Assembly: GCA_946965045.2 (NCBI GenBank)
Contig: OX337228.1
Location: forward strand, 2,976,001-3,040,000
DNA: 64,000 nt
Origin: Epithemia pelagica
Lineage: Eukaryota > Protista > Bacillariophyta
Reading direction: 5' to 3'
Both the position numbers and the translations under genes were made by a program. Numbering within the stretch: the first letter of the stretch is position 1; each line of letters starts with the position of its first letter. Below the pieces are notes generated by a model. That model made no database searches. It was not told the origin of the DNA and saw nothing but the letters and a program-made list of their open reading frames with translations. Below, piece by piece: positions 1 through 8,234 of the stretch.

Positions 1-1473
1 TGGGGGGACCACAAAGGGCGTGGAGTTCTTTTGCCCAAAGACGACGGGCACGGTTTAATGCTTAGTGCATTCGTGAGTCGCGCATGGGGGTTCTATTCAG
101 ACAACTCAGGCGAAGTTGTCCTGCTCACCCCCGAGAAGCTAGAGGCAATCAATCAATCTCGTCGAGCGCAGACGTACTTGGCCGAGGACTCTGCCAGTCA
201 AGTACTTGGTGGCAGCAGCAAGCGGATCCGGCAGATCACGGATGCCAGTGCGTTCTGCACGTATTTTGACTATGGATCCAACAATGATGGCTGGTGGAAC
301 TACGATCACATGGCCCTCCAATTTGAGGACTTGGTTGATTGTTTGATGGTCCTCTATCCATCCTTTGATTTCGCTTTTCTCTTTGACAACAGTAGCGGTC
401 ATGGACGAAAACAGAAGGATGGGCTCAACGAGAAGACCATGAACAAGGATTGGGGTGGAGTGGTACCCAAAATGCATGAGACAATTGTTGAGTGCATCGG
501 TCCATATCCACACCCTCATCGTCTTCAGCCAGGGTCGAAGCAATCCATGGTATACACGGATGCGGACCCTGGCCCATTTGCTTATAAGGGTGTTCCTCTC
601 ACTGAGGAGCAACGACAACGAATGAAGTTCGACCACCCAACCAATCAAACAAAGAAACACAAGCTGTCCAAGAAAGAATTGATTGGTGAGCTCATTCGCC
701 ATGACATTCAACAAGGAGCTCAACATGGCGACAGGGCACTTCAAGCCTACCATTCCAAATCCCTTGACCAGCTCCAGGCAATTTCGACAGCAAGGCAGCT
801 ACCAACCGAGGTAGACCGAGTTGTCATGGAGCAGGGCTGGCTCGGGCAACCAAAGGGTCTCTTCCAAGTTCTGGGCGAGCGTGGTTTCATTGACACCACC
901 AAGCTCCAGGAATACCGCAAGGACATGAGTAAGACATGGTTGGATGGTTCAGGACAGGTCCGTGAGGACAAGATGGAGGAATACAAGAAGTATTCCTTGA
1001 CTTACCTGATGGGATCGTGCGAGGACTTCAAGAATGAGAGATCAGCCCTCGAACAACTGGCGGCTGATCTCTCGCAGCGATATTCTCGCAACCTTGAAAT
1101 CCTCGTCACACCAAAATACCACTGCGAACTGGCGGGTGAAGGGATCGAGTACGCATGGGGTCTTGGGAAGCGATACTTCCGACGCTTGACAAGAAACAAG
1201 AAAGGCAACAAGACGAAGTTCATGCAAGTGGTGAGAGACAGTATGGGGAAAGTTTCGCTGAGAACCGTTCGCAGGTTCTCAGCGAAAGCAAGGCGGTACA
1301 TGCTTACCTATTTGTTGTTTGACAGCAGGAATCAAAGTGCAACAGATGACATCCTGTTTGTCGAAATCGAGAAGTATGTGAATGTGAGTATGAAGACTCA
1401 CCGGTGCACGCTCGATCAAGAGCACTCGTTCATCCAGCAAGTCTGGAAGGAGGCACAAGAAGCAGAACGCTGA
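1..1473 (+). mobile_element. IS630/Tc1/mariner-superfamily DDE transposase ORF, 5'-truncated by the window edge
   Basis: Frame 1 is open from base 1 (WGDHKGRGVLLPKDDGHGLMLSAF). It has FLFDNSSGH (putative second catalytic Asp, codon at 385) and TPKYHCELAGEGIEYAWG (catalytic Glu, codon at 1147), which aligns to the LPPYSPELNPIExxW motif of DDE_3/IS630-type transposases. No introns or stops. Confidence 0.8.
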
Positions 1474-1742
1474 AATTCATATTGTAACACATTTACGTAC
1501 CATAGAACTCCTCTTCATCTTCATACTTGTAGGCTTGTCATGCACGAGACTCTGTTTCACTTTTTCCAGAAGCAAATTTTATGAGAGAATCTTTTTTGTA
1601 CGTCTCAAGTGCTGCGAAGTTCATTGGTGACACCAAAAATAGACTGGTCCACAGTGTACAAACGACAGTCTGATGACTGTCAATGCGGTTTTCACTCTCA
1701 TTCGGAAGCTCAAAGGGGTTGGCGTTTCTGCGCCTTCTCCAA

Positions 1743-1811
1743 AAAGTGCAGCAGCCCAAGTTCATAAAAGTGCAGCAGTCAGAATTTTTCGACAGCGACA
1801 AAGTGCAGCAG
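1743..1811 (+). repeat. Three direct copies of AAAGTGCAGCAG just upstream of the SET gene ATG
   Basis: Identical 12-mers start at 1743, 1767 and 1800. They would encode KVQQ three times if the ATG at 1683 is used. Confidence 0.8.
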
Positions 1812-1823
1812 CCTGCAACAGCC

Positions 1824-2909
1824 ATGGGAAAGCGACAGACACGTTCCGCTACAAAGCAACAGGCAAGTTCCGCAAGAACACGAACAAGAGCAGCAAAGCC
1901 GCCTCGTCGCATGCAGCAAAATCGAAAATACAAAATGGATGAGCTCAATCAGAAACAACGAGCGAGGAAGAAGATTGCAACAACGAGAACGCCACGGGCA
2001 GTGAAGGCGGAGAATCTCATGGCCAAGCTTGAAGGCCTGTATGGATCAGGTACTTTGGAGGAAAGAACCGAATTATATCGGTTCATTTCCTCCCACATCA
2101 AGGGCATCGTGAGCATCGAAGGTGCACAGGTCCGGAAAGCCCACGGCTCCAAGGGCAAACCTGTTGGCACAGCAATCAAACACTATGCTCCAAGTAAATA
2201 CAACAAAAAGAAAGGGTCGGGAATCAACAAGAAACACAAGAACAATCTACTTGTCGAAGGGACAATGATGGTGGACCTAAACGACAATTCACAAAAGTAC
2301 GAGTGCATTGTTCGGTACGTCGACGAAGACTTGTTTGTCATCAAGCGATCAACCTTGGACAACGCTCGTCTCGGGCTTTTTGCAGCAAAGCCCTACAAAA
2401 AAGGCGAAATGCTGGGATTCTATGGTGGTAAGGTCCTTGACAAGTCTCGTCCGCCTTCTGCTTACGCTGTCCGACTGCGTACAAGGCCTTCTGTCTTCGT
2501 TGATCCATCCGCGGCAGACCTTTGGATGGGTTTGCACTTTGCAAACGATCCAAACTATGCCAAGTATCACGACAACCAACCTGTTGACCCGGACGACAAA
2601 TGCTACAACGTCCAGGTCGACGGAAAGCTCAAGGCTACAGCCAAACGCAACATTAAAAAAAATCAAGAGTTGTTCTGGTGCTACAATCTGGCGTCGGGCA
2701 TGAGGACTGGCAGCCAGGATGAGCAAGATGAATCTTCAGATGGCAACGACGACGAGGAATCCGAGAAGTCGGATGATGAAGGAGATGAAGATGAGGATTC
2801 AGATTCGGATTCGGATGACGAGGAAGATGACGAAGGCAACAACAACGAGAAAGATCAGGATTCGCACGACGAAGACGAAGATGACGATGAAGAAGAAGAA
2901 AGCGACTAA
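1824..2909 (+). CDS. SET-domain protein (putative lysine methyltransferase) with basic N-terminus and long Asp/Glu-rich C-terminal tail
   Basis: SET motifs in order: IKRSTLDNARLGLFAAKPYKKGEMLGFYGG, GLHFANDP (the RFINHS position), and ATAKRNIKKNQELFWCYN. About 60 mostly acidic residues at the C-terminus. The start is either ATG 1824 or ATG 1683 (same frame). Confidence 0.8.
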   Translation: MGKRQTRSATKQQASSARTRTRAAKPPRRMQQNRKYKMDELNQKQRARKKIATTRTPRAVKAENLMAKLEGLYGSGTLEERTELYRFISSHIKGIVSIEGAQVRKAHGSKGKPVGTAIKHYAPSKYNKKKGSGINKKHKNNLLVEGTMMVDLNDNSQKYECIVRYVDEDLFVIKRSTLDNARLGLFAAKPYKKGEMLGFYGGKVLDKSRPPSAYAVRLRTRPSVFVDPSAADLWMGLHFANDPNYAKYHDNQPVDPDDKCYNVQVDGKLKATAKRNIKKNQELFWCYNLASGMRTGSQDEQDESSDGNDDEESEKSDDEGDEDEDSDSDSDDEEDDEGNNNEKDQDSHDEDEDDDEEEESD

Positions 2910-2973
2910 GGCCACGATGATGAAAGTAAAGGACAACAATTATTCAGTATTTAGAATGGTTTATTTTACGTAA

Positions 2974-3899
2974 CTAATACTTGTAGTAGTCCTCCTGACT
3001 AAACATATTTTCCTCCTGCGTATCTTCAAATCCATCATCAACGTGAGAGTCATACGTGGCGTCATCATCCGACGTCGTTGAAGCAGCCTCACGAAAGAGA
3101 CTCGGGCTTGCACAACTGTCAGCCATGAAATGCACAGCCCTCTCGGCCTCACGTCTCTTTTGGGCGTGCTTCTCACCAGGCGTCAAGTACTGCCAATCCA
3201 CCACATTGGATTTCATGACAGTCTCCGCCTCACCAATGGACTCCTCCTTCTTCAATGGAGTGCGAGTCTCCATCAGCATTCCACCCTCTTGTCCTGAAAA
3301 CAAAATGAGGTGAGTACTACAATCGTTCCAATCAATTACAAAGGCACAATCAACTTACCATTTTCGTTGATTGTTTCATTGTTTCTGGGCTTGTGGCTAC
3401 GCTCAGACTGCTTAAGCGTTTCCACAATCTCGGCAATCGAGACTTTGCCCGAATGATATTTGTGGTTTCGACCAAGCACCAGGGTCGTGGCTCCATTCTC
3501 ATCACCAAGGATGAGATGCCACTGCGTTGCTTTGTTCAATGCATCCTTGAGCCTCTGCGCCTTGTCGTCGATGGCCACCGGCATCAATACCACTATGTCC
3601 TCGTTTGCTCCTCTTGGAGTCTCCCCTTCAACCACCTTGGAAATGACGAAATCTGGAGACTGGGGTGGGGGGAGCTCCGGACTCGTCTTCTTTGTTCGAC
3701 GCTTCTTGTTTGCGTTCTTCTTCGTGGAGCTCTTCTTCGGAGGGAGCTTCTTGCCCGGTGTCTTCGCTGGTGTCTTCGCTGGTGTCTTCCCTGGCGTCTT
3801 CCCTGGTGGAGGAACAGTATCTTCCTGGATGTCATCCAGGAAGCTTGGTGTTTTGGTGCGGGTGCGACTTGGGTAGCGACGATGGCTGTTGTTGCTCAT
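2974..3899 (-). CDS. Two-exon hypothetical protein (287 codons) with a Lys/Pro-rich TPxK-repeat N-terminus and an acidic C-terminus; join(3899..3359, 3293..2974)
   Basis: A GTAAGT donor at 3358 and a TTTTCAG acceptor at 3294 join ORFs 3336..4112 and 2974..3303 in frame. Protein contains PPPGKTPGKTPAKTPAKTPGKKLPPKKSSTKK. No family recognised. Confidence 0.65.
3757..3804 (+). repeat. 12-bp tandem repeat x4 (GGTGTCTTCGCT variants), encoding KTPG/KTPA on the minus strand
   Basis: Units are directly visible at 3757, 3769, 3781 and 3793. Confidence 0.85.
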
Positions 3900-4178
3900 C
3901 TTGTTTTGTTTTTTGTGAGACGAACACACAACTGAGAGCATCGTGCTGTGTCTTGTAATGGGATGTGGAATGTACCTGCTCGCGATCTCAAGACCAAACT
4001 CAAACAACCTACTTAGATCAACGGATAGCTGAACGGAAAGAGGTGCGCGTAAAGATCCGACCAACCCGTGTGGCTCCCACATTTTGGATGCATCCGGAAA
4101 CGAAACATGCAAACACGAAACAACCCACTGCTTTGAATCGATCGAACAATCAACCTAACGTGCGGAGTTCGGAGTACG

Positions 4179-4718
4179 ATGCTACCAACACCAACAATCA
4201 ACAACGGCATGGAGGACGAGGTCGAGTTCTTTTTCAACAAGGACAAGTTTGGCTCTGAAGACGATCGAAGTCGATGTAACTTTCGGACGAGCTTTTACGC
4301 GGACAGGGTCAATGTTCTCGTTGGAGACATTGTCGACAACGGCGCAGAACAAAATGGACGGAATGTTGTCGACCGTGGGCATGTTCTCCTCCAACGGGAG
4401 ACAAGCACAGACTATCTTCGGTTGGCATTTTACAAGAGGGAAGCGCGGTCCGAGTTTGCCGACCCGCTGCTTGTGCTGCCAGTTGGGTTCATTGTCAAGA
4501 CAGTGATGAAGGAAGTTCTCTCACCCACGGACTCCAGCAAGAAGAAGGGCCGCATTCAATTCTACACACGGTGCACGATCGATACGAAGAGCAGCATGGA
4601 CCCAATGGTCGTCACCCTCTACATGAGCCTCTTCCACATGGAAGAGCTCAAGACTGCTCTTGCCTACATGACGACAAAATACCCTACCCAGAGCCTGTTC
4701 TTTACAGCAGATGCGTAA
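4179..4718 (+). CDS. Hypothetical protein (179 aa), possibly a divergent PH/Ran-binding-domain-like fold
   Basis: Clean intronless ORF with globular composition. DRGHVLLQRETSTDYLRLAFYKRE loosely recalls the RanBD ERGxGxVKxLxHKETGKxRLLMRR strand pair, and it ends in a helix. The fold call is weak. Confidence 0.5.
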   Translation: MLPTPTINNGMEDEVEFFFNKDKFGSEDDRSRCNFRTSFYADRVNVLVGDIVDNGAEQNGRNVVDRGHVLLQRETSTDYLRLAFYKREARSEFADPLLVLPVGFIVKTVMKEVLSPTDSSKKKGRIQFYTRCTIDTKSSMDPMVVTLYMSLFHMEELKTALAYMTTKYPTQSLFFTADA

Positions 4719-5150
4719 TAGAACCTACTTAGTCGATTAGCAATAGTACTTGTTGTGTTTGTAGCCAGGAATGGCATCGTATTTGTCCAAACATCGATCC
4801 ATCCCATTGTCATGGTTGCTGCGGATTATCCACTGTGGAGTTTTGTGTACTGGTTTTTTTCGGGTACAGTCTTGTACACTAATATACTCATGCACTCCGC
4901 AACGTGAACCAGCTCGTACATCCAGATCGTTGTTTCAAGGTAGGGACAGAGCCCCACCTCAAAACTCGAAACTCGATTTCAGACCTCGAAAACACATTCC
5001 CTGGACACAGGGCCTGAAGGGGAAATTCTAGAAACAAGAATCAATCCTTTGTCGCGGAAGAGAGAAGACTCTCCCTTTCATTCCAAACCAATAAACACGA
5101 AAGAAGACATTGATTGACCATCAGAGAGCGCTGCAGGGCAAACAGAGACC

Positions 5151-8096
5151 ATGTCGCCGTTGTCGCCCATTGACAACAGCCATATCCCGTCGACACCAGC
5201 TACGGCATCCTCGCAGTCCTCTCCAACGATCCGAACCATTGCCAGCACCACAACAAGCAGCAGTACGAGCAGCAACCATTGCGGCACTCGATTCGTCGCC
5301 GAAGATCGTCAATTGAGCAACTTGAGCAACAGCAGTGATAGTACTGGCAGTCAGCATCATCACGTCAAAAATGAAGAACTGGATCTCGACGGCAATCCAG
5401 TACGGGTGGCCAACTTGGAATTCATCCAAGGTGTCCTCGGGACAGGGACCTATGGACAAGTGCGCTTGGCAAAGCGAAGGATACGCCATCGTTCCGAACA
5501 ACAACAACAACAACAACAACATGACGTGAAGGTCACGCCTTGCCCTCCCACAATCACTCGCAAGAGCGACTCATCCTATGGATTCAGTGATCCAGTGGCG
5601 GAAGAAAAAAAGACCATGGACAGTGCCAACAGTACACTATCTCGTGGCAAAACTCCGCTTCCTCTATTCTCGGCCGGATTCACTGGGAAACGGCATCGGA
5701 GAGCTCAACATCGACGGAGTAATTCGGCCCCGTCGGGCGATGATGCCTTTGCCATGTTCACGTCACCGGTTGGTGGAGAAGGCTTGAACCGAAATTCATG
5801 GCACCGAGAGGATTCAGCCAAGAATCATAGTACAGCTGCCGCGAACAACACACGACGAGCATCCATGGTGCGCAGTGCATCCGCTCGAAGTTCGTCACGA
5901 CGGGGGTTTGGATGGGGCCTTCATAGTTCCACCAGTGTGGACGAAGACGACGATGAAGGAGGAGGAGGAGAAGACGACCATGACGTGGAAGATTTGGTAG
6001 CTGTCAAGATTTTTCGAAAATCTCTCTTGAAACGAATTCGAACAATGGAACGTGATCGACAAACACGCCGCATTCGATACAAAACGGCCTTACAACAGGT
6101 CGAACGTGAGATTGCGCTCATGAAGAAATTGTCTCACCCCAATCTCGTACAATTCTTCGATGCCTTGGACTCTCCGGATTCGGACATTTTGTACATGGTG
6201 ATTGAATACATGCCGTTGGGAGAAATTTTGTCTTACCAAAACGACGGAACCTTTCGTCGTAAGGAACCAGTGTGTCTCAATGGCAGGCCCATTACGGGAC
6301 TGGTGGATGGACATTTTGATGAGTTCCATTCGGCGTTATACTTTGTTGATATATTGCACGGTTTAGCTTATTTGCATCAACATCATATTATCCATCGAGA
6401 TTTGAAACCGGAGAACATTCTCCTGGACGCTCGAGGGATTGCCAAACTTGCGGATTTTGGTGTCAGTCACATGTTTGACGAGGAGGAATGTTCCTCTTCT
6501 TCCTCGCTGCCTTCGTCGGCCAATGAGACAACAGACGCGGTGGCGGGAGATGATCGAACAGCCACCAGCTCATTGGCAACGTCCGCTCACAACAACAGCA
6601 GCAACAACAACAACAACAATACCATGATTGGAAACAAGAAAGTCCTTCTCACCCGGCAAGACACGGATTCGGCATTACAAATGAAGTGCATGGCCAACGA
6701 CGGCTGGATCTCCAAAACCGAAGGGACTTGGGCATTCTGGAGTCCGGAAATGTGTCAGGGTGGCAAAGCGTTTTCGGGCTATGCGGCAGACATTTGGGCT
6801 GCAGGTGTTTGCTTGTACATTTTTGCAACGGGGCGACTTCCCTTTTACAACAACATTCCACTCGATCTAATGGACATTATCAAGGAAGCGAATGTGCCCT
6901 ATGATGGTCTGGGTTTATCGATGGAGCTGGTAGATCTCCTTCACAGAACGCTGGAGAAGGATCCCACAGAACGTGCTGGGGTTGGTGATTGTTTGAAACA
7001 CAACTTTTTGGTACAGGCTCGATCTCAACGAATAAAACAGCTCTCACAAGAGTTTGCCAAGAGTAAGGCAACGTCGACAAAGGTTTCGGAAAGTGACATT
7101 CGTTCCGCCTTTCGCATTGTTACGTCCATTCCAGTGGTGCTTCTCAAAACTGCCACGCATAAAATTCAAGAAAGCTTTCAAGCCGCCCGTCAGCGTTTGT
7201 CCATTGGTGGAAACAGTACTGCCAGTAGCGAGAACAATGCGGGTGCTGCGACTCCGCAGCATTTATTGACACCGACCTCGCCTGTACGCAAAACGTTTGA
7301 GTCGGCCATTTCAATGGGGGGAACATCCTCAATCCCCACCAAAAGCCCTTCGCCCATTCGAGAAATTAGTCGAGAGTTTGATTCTTTCGATACCGATGAC
7401 GATGATGATAACGAAAATTGCCTCTTTAAGAGTCGTGGAAGCAAATCTCATCATTCCCCAGTACCAAGGACTCCACCACCGCCACCAATGTCCTTGACGA
7501 GTTTCTTCTTACCAGGTCGAACCCCGCCACCGCCAAGTCAAAGCGCCAGCAGCCGTGGCAGTAATGTTCCAGTCGATCCTCTTTGTAGCCCTACCCCTGG
7601 AGCGGGGCGGTTATCCAAAAAGTCGTCCGATCTGAGTTCATTGGGTGCCAGCGAACAGCAACCACCGGTCAGCCGATTATCCTCATTCTTCCGCAAACGA
7701 TCCGATGTGAGTGTCATGAGCTGCAACACGACAGACGATGAAGAAGACATTGTTTTGTTGGGAAATAATCTCGTTGGAGGAAACAACATAACACCTCGAA
7801 CAGGTAGCGCTTCATATATCATCAATGCTCTCAACCCATTTTCACGTTCATCCACCGATGGGACATCAACGCCGCCTAAGAGTTCGAAAACAACGACTTG
7901 TGCCGCAGTCTCCACTTCGTCAATACAGCCCTCATTATCACCAAAACCGACCTTGAGGGAGCGGAACAGGGATTCTTGTAAATCAGGTCGATCTACGAGA
8001 AATAATCCTTTGAAACGCAAGACAGAGGACGAAACATCAGGGCATGGCAAGGCTTCAAATGAAGTTAGCGGGGCACTCCAGAAGGGACAATCATAG
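5151..8096 (+). CDS. Ser/Thr protein kinase, CaMKK/GRIK(SnAK)-like
   Basis: LGTGTYGQVRLAK, VAVKIF, EREIALMKKLSHPNLV, HRDLKPENILL, KLADFGVS, EGTWAFWSPE and DIWAAGVCLY are all present. Low-complexity inserts and a Ser-rich C-terminus. Confidence 0.9.
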   Translation: MSPLSPIDNSHIPSTPATASSQSSPTIRTIASTTTSSSTSSNHCGTRFVAEDRQLSNLSNSSDSTGSQHHHVKNEELDLDGNPVRVANLEFIQGVLGTGTYGQVRLAKRRIRHRSEQQQQQQQHDVKVTPCPPTITRKSDSSYGFSDPVAEEKKTMDSANSTLSRGKTPLPLFSAGFTGKRHRRAQHRRSNSAPSGDDAFAMFTSPVGGEGLNRNSWHREDSAKNHSTAAANNTRRASMVRSASARSSSRRGFGWGLHSSTSVDEDDDEGGGGEDDHDVEDLVAVKIFRKSLLKRIRTMERDRQTRRIRYKTALQQVEREIALMKKLSHPNLVQFFDALDSPDSDILYMVIEYMPLGEILSYQNDGTFRRKEPVCLNGRPITGLVDGHFDEFHSALYFVDILHGLAYLHQHHIIHRDLKPENILLDARGIAKLADFGVSHMFDEEECSSSSSLPSSANETTDAVAGDDRTATSSLATSAHNNSSNNNNNNTMIGNKKVLLTRQDTDSALQMKCMANDGWISKTEGTWAFWSPEMCQGGKAFSGYAADIWAAGVCLYIFATGRLPFYNNIPLDLMDIIKEANVPYDGLGLSMELVDLLHRTLEKDPTERAGVGDCLKHNFLVQARSQRIKQLSQEFAKSKATSTKVSESDIRSAFRIVTSIPVVLLKTATHKIQESFQAARQRLSIGGNSTASSENNAGAATPQHLLTPTSPVRKTFESAISMGGTSSIPTKSPSPIREISREFDSFDTDDDDDNENCLFKSRGSKSHHSPVPRTPPPPPMSLTSFFLPGRTPPPPSQSASSRGSNVPVDPLCSPTPGAGRLSKKSSDLSSLGASEQQPPVSRLSSFFRKRSDVSVMSCNTTDDEEDIVLLGNNLVGGNNITPRTGSASYIINALNPFSRSSTDGTSTPPKSSKTTTCAAVSTSSIQPSLSPKPTLRERNRDSCKSGRSTRNNPLKRKTEDETSGHGKASNEVSGALQKGQS

Positions 8097-8234
8097 TCAT
8101 GACCCATCAGCAATAGAATACTAATTGTGGCATTAGAACAAAGTGTTATACGATCTGACGCTCTTAAATTGAGTCCAGGTGGTGGTTGTGCTGTTGTACA
8201 TATGAGCGGTTGGTGGTGAGCTACAACTTAGACT

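Noticed and set aside
1824-1910. Histone H3-tail mimicry in the SET protein N-terminus (SARTRT, ATKQ)
   Set aside because: The matches are too short and are expected in any Arg/Lys/Thr-rich tail.
5498-6620. CAA/AAC trinucleotide runs in the kinase and other CDSs
   Set aside because: These are ordinary poly-Gln/Asn low-complexity coding tracts.
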